A stretch of 64,000 bases of DNA from contig JBHGNT010000001.1 of the NCBI GenBank assembly GCA_043228905.1, forward strand, positions 11,160,001-11,224,000, in the 5' to 3' direction. The position numbers were made by a program, and so were the translations under genes. How positions within the stretch are numbered: the first letter of the stretch is position 1; each line of letters starts with the position of its first letter. Origin of the DNA: Azolla caroliniana. Taxonomy: Eukaryota; Plantae; Polypodiophyta. Positions 35,800 through 50,197 of this stretch are shown here, one piece after another. A model generated the notes under the pieces. It did no database searches, was not told the origin of the DNA, and was given only the letters and a program-made list of their open reading frames with translations.

Positions 35800-36760
35800 T
35801 GTTCCCATGGAGTCGAGAGGATAGAAGAATACTAAACTGATCACACATGATTTGTAATATTGATGATTGGTGATGTTGGCAAAGGATTGAAGTAAAAAGG
35901 ATGATCAAGCTATGTTAGTACTTTCAAACACTTTTTCATCATCTTTGATTGCACATGTAAAGCATTGTAGTAGTGGTAAGGAGATGTGGGATACATTAGA
36001 AAAGGTTTTCTCGAATGTGTCTTCAGCTAGAGAGATGCAACTAAAAGAGCAATTACAAAATGTTAAAATGGATAGAAACATGACAATCATTGATTGTGTT
36101 GGAAAAATTAGGAAAATTGTGGATGATGATGATGATATTGTGTGTAGTATGTTTGAGAGGATTGCCATCAAACTTTAATGTATTTAAAACATCCATTTAT
36201 ATTGTTGGAATCATAGTATGAACCATACGTACCATACGTGCATTCGCGTTCGTGAATGTTTCGATCATTCGTGTAAGAAAAACACCCTCAAAGAATGATA
36301 AATACCATACTTTTGGATTAACTATTTATTATGAGGTAAATAAGCCTAAACAATGGGAAAAAAACAAAAAAAAAAACACAAGAATGATTGAATAACATTC
36401 ACATTCGTTTTCCAACGTAGGAAAACGAATGTTATGCTAGACGAACACGAATTTTACGTACTATGGTTAGAATACAATCATTTGATGAGTTGATTCCTAA
36501 GTTGCTAACGGAATATCAAATTACAAAATCATCAAAGAGTGGTAAGGATTGGAATGAAGAAGCATCCTTCTATGCTGGTAGAGGAAAATCTTTAAGAGGA
36601 AGAGGAAGGTGGCAACAACAAGGAAGCAATAAAGCTTGTGGAACATGGCAAAATAACAAATTTACAATGAAAAGAAACAAGAAGGTGAGAACTACAATTT
36701 CAATAATAATAGAGGGAGAGGGAGAATGCTTAGAGAATGTCAAATCAATTCCTAGTTGAT
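35800..36760 (+). pseudogene. Degenerate Copia gag fragment
   Basis: LIAHVKHCSSGKEMWDTLEKVF...QLKEQLQNVKM and SFDELIPKLL...GRGKSLRGRGR, split by a MITE. Confidence 0.65.
36212..36465. mobile_element. hAT-type MITE
   Basis: Termini catagta / tactatg with longer subterminal inverted similarity. 8-bp TSD gttggaat / gttagaat. Confidence 0.7.
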
Positions 36761-36769
36761 ATGTGATTG

Positions 36770-38600
36770 TAAAGCTCCTCGCCAATATATAATTTTGAAA
36801 TCGAATCCGGTGAGAATTATGCCCAATGAGCTTGTCTCCTATACTAAGTACTCAAGTTACTTATAAATATGTGAGATTCTTATGATCATTATACAAATGA
36901 CTTGATGAGGAGACCATTCCAAAAACTATCTCCATTGCTCAAAAGCTCCTTATCATGGACATCATAATTAATCTCAACAGAAGTAAATTTCCGTGAATGG
37001 GAAGCTATGGACGAAGCTCTCCATCTTCTCTTAATTGTGATAAAACACTCCCCAGTGCAAAAATGATGCAAAACCAAAGTATCGTCAACGAGGAAAGCAA
37101 CATGCAAGAATAGGCGCAATAAGTGTTAAGGGAAAGATTGCTTTGTATAATTAGTTATAACAAACCCCATAAGACTTTCATATTTTCATTCTCAACTATT
37201 GGTCATAAGCCAAACCTGTTATATTGTAATTTGTGGGGACCTTTTATTATATTAGAACCGTCAATGGCCAATGGGCTTGTAATGTGAAAAGGGTCCTTCT
37301 GGGTTCAACTTATATAAAAGGGCAACCTCTAATGTAAAAGAGGCCTTTGGGTGCCCTAACTTTGGGACTACCTTTTGGTCCTCATTCTCTCCGCTTTACA
37401 TACATTAAGAGTCACTTTCCTTAGTGTAGTGTTTCCATCTAATTAATGAAGATATACATGTTCCATTTTTAGTAGTTATCTATTTAATTGAGACGAACAT
37501 AATTCTTAATGTGATTAAGAGTGTCTTAATTTATATTAACTTAAGAAGCCTTTGTGGCTTTTGTGATTGCATGGAGTGGAGAGATAAATGTTTTTGTGTT
37601 AATTTGTGACATAGTCTTTGCCATTGGGGAATGCCATCCCCAAATCCCTCGATTAGCCCATATGGAGGAAGGCAACCCCTAGGCACTTGGTAGTGACCCT
37701 TGTAAGTGCAACACTCCAAGATACGATTCGTGTTAATCCCTTCGAGAAAATGTTATTCAATAAAAAGAATGGGCCCTCTAACTAAACAAAGTGGTGATAC
37801 CAAGGGAAACAAGCAACAAGAAACCAAAGATACCTATTGTTAAACAAGTATCATAACATATAGTCAAGATAAGCCTGAATAATTTGAGAAAGAAGTTAAT
37901 GAATCCTTGTTATAAGAGAGGTGCACACACAATATGATAGGACACTTTGATATTCAATGGAAGGCATGAACTACATCCTAGCCAAACATGTAGAACTATG
38001 CACGAGGGGGGCTTGAGGTTTAATATCAAGCCTTGATATGACGACTTTAGGAGAATTAAAGGCAAGTTACAATTTGGGCATTGTTAACCCCTAGTAACTA
38101 CACACTAAAGTGGCATAGAGGTACAAGAGACCAAAACACCTAGAAAGGCTAAACAAACTAGAGATCAACAAACATAGTTTTTGCCACTGAATTCGATGCA
38201 TTTACTCAAGAGTGCCTTTAGCCCTTGTTGAGGAGGGGACCTCGAATATTCACCTTAACCTCAAAGAGGGGATGGATTTACATGTAGAGTGTCTTATGTT
38301 GCAAATCTAAATGGAGAGAAAAACTTACTCTCTTAGGAATATTTTTGAGAAAAGATGCAAACATTAGTTGCATTTGAGCTCATTTAAGTTCTAATTATAA
38401 TATATGAGGATGATATCTCCATTGATGAAGCCAAAGTTAAACTAATACTAGAGATGCCACACTCTAATTAACAAGAAGTGAGTGCAAGGATTTTTTGGGC
38501 TAAGTGGATGTTACCCTTGGTTCACTAACATACTCCAAATAATTATGCGTCAGTTAAGCAGTGTTCAAGATTTGTTGACAAATTTGAAGTGTTATATGTT
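36770..38600. mobile_element. Highly degenerate Gypsy remnants
   Basis: Minus-strand RH SRKFTSVEINYDVHDKELL at about 36950, an LTR-like segment at 37120-37730 and plus-strand VQGFFGLSG at about 38480. Confidence 0.45.
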
Positions 38601-39214
38601 TTAATTAGATTAAGATAGTTGATGTGATTCAAGGTTCCCCTAAGCAAGTAACTCATGATACCTAAAGACATAGTTTAAGACAAGAACAACTTTAATTGGG
38701 GGAGAAATTTAATGTATGGAAAGTCACAAAATGCAAAAATGTGTCATGGGGCCCATATATATATATCTATATTGCCATTGAGTACATACATACATACATA
38801 CATACATGGATGGACCAAGAATGATTTACACTTAATGTTTTGGAACATGTTATTATTATTATATCTTCACGTTGTGGCAGAAGGGGGGTGTAAGTTGTTG
38901 GGGGGTGTATTTTGTGAAATCAACCATTTGCGCGGACATTGGGAACTTATGTAAACCAACATTGGATTTGGATTGTGGCAAGTCATTTATTTAAGGCTTA
39001 ATTTGGTGAGTTTGTAGAGAAGGGCGATTTTGGTGAATTTGGATCGATCGAGAGAAGGGTAGTTTGATGAGACCACCATATGTATGTATGTATGTATGTA
39101 TGTATACACAGTACGAGTATTATGTATTCATTCTTATGTTCAGCGTATGAAATTATTTGGCTCTGTTTGCTTTGCGAATAAGGCGACGACGAACAAAGGT
39201 TTAGCGTTGTAGCG

Positions 39215-42200
39215 ATGGCGGGGAAGAAGCAGAAGAAGCCAGGGAAAGGGAAAGAGAAGACTGAGAGGAAGACTGCGAAGGCTTCAGAGAAGCGTGCTCG
39301 TCGGGATGAGAAGAAGCTCGACCAAGAAGACGACATTGATGCTATCTTGGTAAGAAAAAGAAGAAACAAAAACATTTCATTCATTTAATTTTTTTCCTTA
39401 TCACATAAATACCATATTTTTACTATTTTCTTCTTCTCTGATTTCTTATTTCTCTTAACTTCTTTTTGTTTATGTTTTATTTGGAATTTTTCTTCTATTC
39501 TTTATTTGTTAGTATATTTCTTCTTTTACCTTTAATTCTGCATTTTTTCTTCTTTTTATTTGAGATTCAGATTCTTTTACTTCATTTTTCCTTTCGTCCT
39601 TTTTATTGTCTTCTTCCTTCTATTTTTTATATAAATATTTTTGATTGATTTCTTCTTCTTCTTAATATTCATGTTTTTCATTTTTTTGTTTCTTGTTTTC
39701 TTTTGATTTTGCAGGCCAATATTAAAAAAGAGGAATGCAAAAAGACAGCGGTGCATGTGGAAGAGAATGTAGCTGCACCTTCTCCTCGTTGTAACTGCAC
39801 GGTATGTAGCGAGGGAGATATCGATAGAGATAGAGAGATTGGTTTTATTGCCATGGTCAGACACCAGATATGTATGACCTATGGATTTGGTAAGTGGCAA
39901 ATTTCACTAATGTATGTTGCAATTGAGGGCAGGCTTTGTGACTGATAGAGAAACGTGTGTGGCGATAGGTAGTTGGGGTCAAAGATTGTGGGCAAAGCAA
40001 ATTCAAATGTGATTGAGGGTGGAACATTGCATTAGAGTCTGATGCTTAGACACCAGCTTCTTTGAGGAGAAACATGGATCACCGAACTCTACCTGTAGTA
40101 CAAAACTGATACATTCGGTGTATCCATTACAATCCACTTGATAAGAAGTTACTATAGCTGTTAGATATAATCAATGATCAACCCCAAGTTGTCACTTTCT
40201 CCCCACATGCATTCTTAGAGTGCACATTTTGTGACAACACCCCGTACCCCAAATGCGGAGTATCTATTGTGCAACATGACCATATGGGTCGATGAGGTGT
40301 CAATGTGGGAAACTGTAGGTGAGTAGGACGAGAATGTATTTAGGAAAGAGGGAAGTAGGGTAATTGGATTGACTAGTAGGTAAACTGGAAGAATGTTCTT
40401 TGTTGGCAAGTTAAGAGGTTCTTAGTCTTGAAGCATTTGCCATTGACTTTAAGATAAGTTCTATCTAGCACTAGTGTGTATATAGGGAGCTGGGTCATAT
40501 TAAATGACAAGTCAGTTGACAGAAAAGGAATATCCCTGTCATTATTAACCGACTTACACATTTAATGTGACAATGAGACCAAACAAAGAAAATAAATATC
40601 CACTCTTTTTCTCTTACACAGATGCTGTGACTATTATCTGTATCCACTAACTTTATAGTCGACTAGTCCAGATGCCATCTAAGCTCTAAGGTGTGTGTGC
40701 ACGGGAGGACTATCATTGTGAACTGCTTTCCTCATATGTAATAGGAAGTTTGTATTCACATATACATCTCTGTGAGTGTAACTCTATATGCCTATCTAGT
40801 TAATTCTCAATATTTCTAACAATAGTCACACAAAACAGAACAATAGAAAAGTAGATACTGTTGGAGATAAAAATCTCTAATAAATATGTTCAATCAAGGA
40901 ATGAAGCATAGACAATGAATAGTGAATTCATAGAGAAAACAGTTCCTGGGTCCATACCTCACTAATTAGTGGGAGAAAGATGTGGCTCTTTTTATGGAAC
41001 CAAATCCAAAATGTTTACACAACTTTGAAAATGGTTTGCTTTATTCAGCTGAAAAGGTCACGAGAATTTATAGGAAAAATTATGATTTTTCTGTAAAAGA
41101 GAAGAGAGAATGTAGAGATCAGAGGCTTTCCACCTCCTAATTGAAGGGAAGGACCAATTGAGAGAAGTTGACGATGACCCATAACATCATTGCTGCCTTG
41201 GTGAAGATGTCATTGATACCATTGATAGGAATAATTTCTTGTTGATTACTGGGACTGCTCCCATCTCCACCCAAGTTATATGACGAGGCACTGCTTTACT
41301 CCTTGAAATAAAGTCTTACATGGTCTTTGAAATTTCTTTATCCCATAAGGAATGTGTATCCTACTGTTTAGTGAAGTATTGCAGGAGTTCTCTGGTTTGG
41401 GGCTACTTGACTTGACATTATGTTTCTTGAATCTCATTAAAGAGCTGATATTCATTCATGTTCTTAGTAGGTTGGACATCTGGAGCGTAGTGCTCCACCA
41501 TCTTCATCTTATAGTTTTGAAATAATATCTGTTTATGTATCACTTGTCACAGTTATCTGACGTCTTATGTATTTATGTTGAATATAATAATCATTAGTAA
41601 TTACCCATATTCTTGTTCTAATATGTCAGAATCACATAATGCATAAACTTATAGTCAGCTCAAAATTGCTTTCAATCATAGAGTCTTCTTTCCCATTCAT
41701 GTACCTTTTGATGTCTGATAGCTAAGGTGTTCTATATTTTATCCTTGATTTTTAAATTGATTTTCAGGTTTCTGTTAATCCAATGAAGGATTCAGAATTG
41801 GTAATATATGGAGGAGAATATTACAATGGGGATAAGGTAACTGAATTAATCCTTCTAATTGTTTATCGTTGGAAGGGATTGATAATAACTGATATCATAT
41901 TATTTGTGCTAAATCTATCGTTGTTCCAGACATATGTTTATGGCGATCTTTACAGATACAATACAGAAAAAAAGGAATGGAAGCTTGTTTCCAGTCCAAA
42001 TAGCCCCCCTCCCCGGAGTGCTCATCAATCTGTTGCTTGGAAAAACTCTATTTTTGTCTTTGGTATTACTCTAGTTTTTATCTTTGATATTCCGCGAGTG
42101 AAATTGTTTTTTTATGAATGTTAATGTGCTGTAAGAGTCTGTTTTGCATAGCGGTTTGCAGACCCTTTCACATATGTCATGTCAATAGTTGTGAATGGGA

Positions 42201-45200
42201 ATCCCTTTAGATTATAAATTTCCTGCAAGGCAAAAAACCTAACCTGGTGAAAGCATCTGATAAAGTAGCTCATTTTCAGCTCATATTCTTCCTTCCTGTG
42301 TAGGTGGCGAATTCACTTCTCCTAACCAGGAAAGGTTTCATCATTATAAGGTACCTAATAATGTTTTTTAAATACTTCTCAAAATGACTCATGGAGAGAA
42401 AACATCACGCTTTATGTGAAAGGCTCAAAATTAAAACTGCTAAGGAGTGAGCTACTTCTGCTCATAAGCGACAACCTCCATTGACAGGACCTATGGAGAT
42501 TTGACTTGAATACAAATGCTTGGGAACAATTGGTATTGAAGGGATGCCCTGGTGCTCGTTCAGGTCATAGAATGGTAATAATGTGCCTGTGCTTTCCTTT
42601 TTTTCATCTGATTTGGCAGAAGTATGCCTTCTCTTCTCAATTTTATTTTTCTAGATACTCTTTGTAAGTTCATGCCTCAAGGTTTTGCGTTGATAAGATT
42701 TTCAGTGCTTGTAGGTTCTTTATAAGCATAAGATCATTTTATTTGGTGGATTCTATGATACACTTCGAGAAGTGAGGTAAGTATACCATTGGTTTTCCAA
42801 GCAGAATACAGCCTAATTGCAGTTTCTATTTGCAAACCGCATATAAGTCAGCAATCTTATAGTTTATTTTACTTAGTAATTTAAGGGTTCTATTGATGGA
42901 TTTGTATATAGTCAAGTCATAAACTACTGTCATGATTAACTAATAAACTGTGTCCATGCAATATTCACGTACAATTTGGACTCAATTTCTCATCAAATTA
43001 TGATGCTATAATGCTATTTAGTATAATATCTGAGTTTGTCATGCATTCATTATGCAAAATATTGATGGTTGAGAAACATGGGATGCCTTCCTAAAAACGA
43101 TTATCAATTTTGGATTGTGATGTATTTTTGGATTGGAAAAGGACATCTACATATACTGCTATCAGCTTTTAACCTTGTCAAGTTCTTTTGGCAGGTATTT
43201 CAATGACTTACACGTGCTTGATCTTGATGAATATAAGGTGTTTTCTGTGTTTGGATGCTGCATTGATTGCATGGTTTGTCCGTTTATAACACTTGTGCAT
43301 TTACTTTCAGTCAATGTTTATTGATATGTGAACAGTGGCAAGAAATCAAGCCAAAATTAGGTATGCCCTGGCCAAGTCATAGAAGTGGCTTCCAATTAGC
43401 AGTTCATGCTGATGAGGTTAGGCTGAAGGTTTTCAAGCTCAGGCAGATGTGATATCTCTCTCCAATAAAAGCTTATGTGTATTATGTTCTCGCTGCATTA
43501 TATATACAGATATTCTTATATGGTGGATATTTCAAGGATGCCAACTCCGAGAAAGACCCGGGTTCTGAAAAGGGTGTGGTACATGCTGACCTATGGGTGC
43601 TTGATCCCCGAAGTTGGGAGTGGAATAAGGTTAAACTTTCTTTTATGAATGGGTTTTGGTTCTTTAATCATCTTCTTTTCTTTAAACAAGTGTGTTTCAC
43701 TATTTGTTTTCTTCAACATAATTATTAACAGGAGAAAACTCTGAAACACCCCTGAGCCTTTTTGTATTTTCCCCAAATGCATGCAGGTTTTCGTAAATTC
43801 CCCAAGGTGCCCCAAGATGCCCCCAGTCAACCCCCTCTTCATACCCCCCTTTATCTTAATTATATTTGCTAATTCAGCAATTATGTCTTCAATTCATCCC
43901 CATTTCTGGCTTTCAGGGGCTCAAATCGGGCATTTGTGAAAATAAAAAAAAGTTGGGTACCTTGATTACTAAGCATACTGCATTGGAGTTAATATTGAAA
44001 GCTTTGGTCAACAGGTTAAAAAATTAGGTATGCCTCCTGGTGCACGTGCTGGTTTCTCCATGTGTACTCATAAGAAACGAGCTGTCCTCTTTGGGGGAGT
44101 TGTAGATACAGAAGAACAAGGTCAGTCATTTACTTGGGACTTTGACAGGATTATATTCTTTTGACTGTGCACAAACGTGTGGAAAATATAAGGATGATAA
44201 TGTTGGTTCTGATAGCTTTAAAAAGTTACTTAGCTTACCAGGGTCAGGGCTTAGCAAAAAACATTGGATACTGTTGTCCTGTGGTATGTTACCTTAAAAA
44301 TAAGTTCTACACTTACAGGAACTTTCATAGGCTTAAATATTCTTTCAATCATAATGCTGATATTTGCCACATCAAACAAATTTACATTAGGTTTTCTATG
44401 GTGTTATGAATATATTTGTGTAATTAGAGTTTATGAAACTTATATTATTATTATTATTATTGCTTATCTAAATGTTTGAGACTATATCATAGGTAATCAT
44501 CATATGCATATATTTTACTATGGTTTGTTGTTGCTCCTCTTTTGTTCCATTTAAAAAGAATTCAGTTGAGACAAGGAGCTTATGAATAATTACTTGATTT
44601 TGCTGCTGTCTTATCAACACCTTTTCTTCTCTGTTGACATTGCAGGGGATTTGCTTCGTAGTTTATTCTTGAATGAACTATATGCTTTTCAGATGGATAA
44701 TCGTCGCTGGTCGGTCTGTCTGTCTCTCTCATAATTACACTGTTTTGCTAGATATGTTCTATTTCATCTCTTTTTGTTATAACATGTGTTTGGTCTTGTT
44801 AGTGATGTTAAAAAATTTGAAATATGCACATTTTTAGTCTCAATGATTAAAAATAACTCAATGTGATGAAGCAGTCAATAAGGTTACGATATCCATTTGA
44901 ATTGATAGGCTTACCAATGATTATGGAAAATGAGTGAAGATTGAGGTTTTTTCTCTATGGCTTAAATAAGCTGTGTCAGAAGGGATATGAACTCAATGAT
45001 GTAGCAGAAATCGAATATATAAATGTATAATGTATGAGATAGGTAATAAGGAGAGCTGATTTAGAAGTTGGAAGCATACATGATTCTCTGTTCTTGTATT
45101 TTGTTGAATTCCATTTAGCTGCAGATAAATTAAAGTGTTGTAAACTGAATGTTTCCCATCTCCCTTTTTCCTCCAATCAAATGTTTTAAGAAAATGCAAA

Positions 45201-48200
45201 TTTAATAAATAGAAGTCATGTAAGCTTGACCAATGTTAAAGTAGAGAAAATTGTAAGAGTAATTATTGTTAGAAGCAACATGAAACTTATAAATGGCTAG
45301 AATAAGTACTTAATTGATATTTTTTAGAAAACCTCGATTTGTAACTACACCTTTACAAATTTTTAATTTATAAAACATCGTCAGAATTTGTAATGATATT
45401 TTTTAATTTGTGTCTTTCTGTTTACTTAACCAGGTATCCTTTGGAACTAAGAAAAGCAAAAGCACCAAAACAGAAGGTATAACTTTACCTCTTTTGTCCT
45501 GCTTCTATGCCTGAGATCACCTAATTTTGTTTCCTGTTTTTGAAATTAGAGCAAGACAAAGATTGTGCCTAAAGAATCTGATGGTTCCTGTGAACATGGA
45601 GAGAAAGGTGAAAAGAGCTTTCCTTTGTAAGAATGGTGTCTAGAATGTTTTATCTGAAACTTGGTTTGCTGCAGATATGGATGTTGAACCCTCCAGTTTC
45701 CGCAAGCTTATTGGCCAAGTGGAAGGAGCCACTCTAGATGATGATGGAATTGAGATTGATTGTGAAAGCGTTGACATAGGGTTTGCTGGAAAGGATGCAA
45801 GCAGTGGTATTTCTCCATCTTTGTCTTCTCCACAGGTATCCATATTTTTTGTTGTATAGATCTTGTCAATCCTGCGTGACTTAATGGTTTGCTATGATTT
45901 TTACGCTTTATAAAGTTATAGGTGTATGCCTGCAAATATAAGAAATTAAAATTAAGTATTGTGCTTCATTGCTAGGTTAAACCTTGTGGTCGAATCAATG
46001 CTTGCATGGCTGTTGCAAAAGACACCCTTTATTTATATGGAGGTCTTATGGAAGTTGGAGATAGAGAGGTTACATTAGATGATCTTTACACACTTGATCT
46101 TAATAAACTGGATGAATGGAAATGTGTAATTGAGGTAATCCATTCATTGATATACCCTTCTCTAGTGTGTTGTAAAAGTAGAAAGTGCTCACCAGTTTCA
46201 GGATTGATTTTAGGCAACTAAGAGCGAGTGGATTGATCCTAAGGACGAGGAGGATTCTGATGAAGAAACTGATGAGGGAACTGATGAGGAGAGCAGTGGT
46301 GAAGACGAAGATGATGAAGAAGTCCAGGTGTGTTTAAGGATGATGAGTTATATATGTGAGTGTTATCCTGTGATCACTGTACACATATTCTAGTGCTATG
46401 CAGATTTGAGATCTTTATTTATTTCCATGCATGCTATATTGTGATAATTATGCATATTCTTGATTTATGAAAGATATAGCATGGTTTGGGTTCTTGTATG
46501 TTGGATTTATTGAGATATGGCTGTGAACCTTTGAAGGATGGAAAGATGGCAATGCTCTCTGCTGCAGAAGAGACAGCAGCTCTAATAAGAGGTGAAGGCA
46601 AAAAAATGCTTCGGAAGGAAAGAAAACAGAAAATTGAAACCTTGCGATCAGAATTGGGTTTGGCAGACCTGCAACGCACCCCAAAGGTTTGATTTTCTTA
46701 CATACCAATTCCATATGATTTTTGAACCGCTAATATGTGTGTTATTTCTTATATACAAATTTGTCATCCTCAGCCTGGTGAAAGTTTGAAGGACTTTTTT
46801 AACCGCACAAGTGTGTATTGGCAAATGGCTGCTTATGAGCATACACAACATACTGGAAAGGTACTCTTCTTAGAACACATTGCACCATTGCATTAAGTCA
46901 TTTAGAGTTATATATGTGTATGCATAGAAATTCTTATGATAGAGTAAGCAAGTGTTATCGTGGGTTCTAAGGGACAACACTGATTTTAGAGAGTCAACTA
47001 CAGCCAACTAAAAGGCCACACTCTAGTTGATTGTACTTCATAAGAGGGTGTATCTGGGCTGGTTAAGAATTGGTTAAGGGCAAAAGCTGCCTTATGGATG
47101 GTTCGTGGGACATAGATTAGCCAATAGAACCTGAGGCTTGATGCTCAGGTACTTGTGTTAGAGCTTAATCCTAATGTAAGTGAATGATAAGGAAATATAA
47201 GATAGGTATATAGAGAAGAGAGAGAAAGAAGGGACCCCCGAGCGAAGGGATCGAGATGGACTCGAGCCTCGATCGGTGTCCCATACGTCCGCCATGGCAT
47301 CGAGTTGTACCTGGTACTGGCATGCTTGTTACAAGAGTTGATCACCACAAGATCAGAGTCTCGACGTACTCGATAATGTGCCAAATGAAGGTAGCTAAGC
47401 CTCATGTTTATAGACAGACCTAAGGCCCCTAAGCAAGTTCATACTTGGCTCTTATGGGTTGTCTCAATTCCTAGGATTAAAAGTAATCTTCCCTTCTTTA
47501 CACTCCCGTTTAACCCTCACACTTTATCCACATGTATAGAATACTACGGTACAAACTTACCACAGGATAATTTATGGTTATTACCTGTAACAACTTGACC
47601 CATGGTTAACATGTACTTCAGCAATCAATCACTCAATAATTAATGTATAATGGAGAGAGGGAGTATGTACAAAGCCTAACTGCATAAAGCCTCAACTACT
47701 CTCTCTCTCTCTCTCTCTCTCTCTTCCCTACATAAAATGGAGAATTAATACAAGTGGTACAAAGCTTCAAATATCGTGGTATTAATGCCCCTTCGACAAA
47801 TAGGTGGAATGTATGCTGAGTTCAGAAATCATGCAGGTTGGAACAGTTATTATACGTTTGAGAATCAATGCAAACAAAGTGATATTCAAGGATGGGAAAT
47901 GCAAATGCAATGCGGCTTGACTTCAAGTAGGTTGGAGTAGTTATTATATGTTTGAGAATCAATGCAAACAATGTGATACTTGAGGATGGGAAGTGAGATT
48001 GTTATTCAATTGCTATGGTGGTCCAAGTGTTGCTTTATAGGATTGAAGTGAGAGGTGGCATCATCTCACTTAGTGCATGGAATGAAATAAAGATTTATTT
48101 ATTTAAATTGTAGATAATTGGGAGTTAAATCCTCAACATCCTATCTTGTCATGCTATTAGGAACATGTGCTCAACCCATAGAGGTGCTAGCTTTGCAAAG

Positions 48201-50197
48201 AGTATACAAGTACGTCATAAAAATCAAGAATATGCCTGATCATAGATTGCCAAAACAGGCTCAGAACATGGGATGCAAGATACAAAAAACTAAATTGACA
48301 AATCTTCTCATTTGGCTAGGTGTATGACATTATAAAATCATTTAAAAGATGGGGAGTAAATGATGGAGGAACTCTCAGGTGATGCAAAAATATGGATAGG
48401 TTACCAGAGACACTACCTAAAGATCAAGTGGCAGGATGCCAAAATATCAAAATTGGAATACTACATTGCAAATGTCAATCTTCAAAATTGAAAAAAGGCC
48501 AAAACACATCCAATGACATATTACTACCCATGAGCCTGGGCTCTCAAAGAGCCGTAAGACTTCGGCAAACTTGCTCATATACTAGTTGCTGAGGTAACAT
48601 GATGGCATCGTCACTCAAGTTTGGATATGCAAGGGATGCAATGAAAACGTAGTGTAGGATGAATATTGATTATAAATTTTGGATATGCAAGGGATGCAAT
48701 GACGTAGTGTAGGATGAATATCTATTATATTCTATAATATTTATATAGGTGTGGGTGATGGAGGAGATATCTTGCCTCCATCATATGCTTTGTACTGTTA
48801 TTTCTGGTTAACTTCTACATTATTAGTTGCTGAGGTAGCATGATGGCATCGTCACTCAAGTTTGGATATGCAAGGGATGCAATGAAAACGTAGTGTAGGA
48901 TGAATATCTATTATAAATTTTGAATATGCAAGGGATGCAATGACGTAGTGTAGGATGAATATCTATTATAAATGATAAAATATCTATTATATTCTATAAT
49001 ATTTATATAGGTGTGGGTGATGGAGGAGAGATCTTGCCTCCATCATATGCTTTGTACTGTTATTTCTGGTTAACTTCTACATTGCTCTTGAATGAGCCTT
49101 ATATACTCTAATTTTGAGCCTTGATGTACCCATTGGAAGCTAATTGTATTCATAGGAAACAATGCCCCTTCCCTTTTTACATTTCTAAACTCTACTTATC
49201 GATTGGCCAGCTAGATTGCCAACACATGGCATGATTGTGGTACAATGGCTTTGTTGCAAACAGATACCCTGAAAAGAGAAATTTTGTCAAAACTGTTGGA
49301 CGGCCGAAATTGGCTAGTGTGTTGCCCATTTGTTGTCCATAAATAAGTTATTGGGTGAATGAGTGTGTGCGCTTAAGTGCTTCTATGGTAATCTCGTAGA
49401 GATATTGTGTTGGAGGATCGCCCCATGTTCTCTCAAAATATCATGAAGATATTTTGGCAACTGTGCGTAGCTATGATATCGTTGGTCCTCATATTCGATT
49501 ACGCCGCGTAGTGTGGGAAACCCTTGCTTAAAGAGGCAATGATATTTTCGTATTTTATGAAAAACAGTACAATGACAAACATAATGTTATTCAGATTCAA
49601 CTTCCTGATCACTAAATTGGAAAATTCTAGCTTCTAGAGGTATTCATGCATATCTGCTATCTCAATCTCTAACTGTGGGCCAGCTACCTGATTGTCAAGC
49701 TGTCGTCTTGTGAACGAAACAGTCCTTGAGACTTATTGGCTAACCTATGTGCCTAGCACTATCTGTAAGGCAGCTTTCGTCAATATCTTAATCCTAAAAA
49801 ACCCTCATTTGGTATTATGCCACTCTTTAACTTTTAGAGAAGGCTTGATACCTGTGTTTACGATTTACAAAAGTTTCTCATGCAAATTTAATGGAAGTTT
49901 TTCTTTATCTCTTTAACATGAACTAAATTGTTTTTGTATGATATATAAGGAACTACGCAAGGATGGATTTGATCTTGCTGATGGACGATATAGGGAATTG
50001 AAGCCTATTCTAGATGAGGTGATTACAGTGATCAATGTTGTGCACAGATTGGAAAGTGGTATTGCTACTAAACTTTTTTTCATGTTTTGAAATAGCTTGC
50101 TAAACTAGAAGCTGAACAAAAGGACGAAGAGGAAGAGAATGCTCAAGTTTTGAAGTCTAGGAAGGCAAAAGAAAAAGCCCGAAGCTCGAATCGATAA
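39215..50197 (+). CDS. KLHDC4: Kelch domain-containing protein 4 (C-terminal DUF4110-like region), 21 exons, about 658 aa
   Basis: Exons 39215-39349, 39715-39801, 41768-41836, 41930-42062, 42304-42350, 42488-42574, 42715-42776, 43195-43237, 43336-43416, 43510-43629, 44015-44120, 44646-44709, 45434-45476, 45550-45607, 45675-45835, 45976-46134, 46214-46327, 46537-46686, 46774-46860, 49950-50018 and 50096-50197. All introns are GT-AG and the exons sum to 1977 nt in frame. Starts MAGKKQKKPGKGKEKTERKT, has kelch GG repeats (PPPRSAHQ, PGARSGHRM) and YWQMAAYEHTQHTGKELRKDGF. Confidence 0.95.
43729..43964. mobile_element. hAT-type MITE in a KLHDC4 intron
   Basis: CAGG.../...CTTG termini, internal inverted segments attttccccaaatg / catttgtgaaaat, 8-bp TSD attattaa / attactaa. 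Confidence 0.55.
46953..47592 (+). mobile_element. Possible solo LTR in a KLHDC4 intron
   Basis: TGTTAT...GTAACA termini, internal TATA and higher GC than the flanks. No clear TSD. Confidence 0.35.
47830..48600 (+). mobile_element. LINE (RTE/L2-like) ORF2 C-terminal fragment
   Basis: VLLYRIEV... and LGVKSSTSYLVMLLGTCAQPIE...MPDHRLPKQA resemble the post-RT region of RTE/L2 LINEs. Confidence 0.5.
48583..49083. repeat. Tandem duplication of about 240 bp with internal sub-repeats of about 55 bp
   Basis: tagttgctgaggta...ttaacttctacatt at 48583 and 48824. Each copy holds two copies of ttggatatgcaagggatgcaatga...gtagtgtaggatgaatat. Confidence 0.9.

Noticed and set aside
40900-41520. Possible LINE RT remnant in KLHDC4 intron 2 (- strand)
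   Set aside because: Similarity is too faint to support by eye.
39215-50197. Non-canonical (GC-AG or AT-AC) introns in KLHDC4
   Set aside because: All 20 inferred introns fit GT-AG with a consistent frame.
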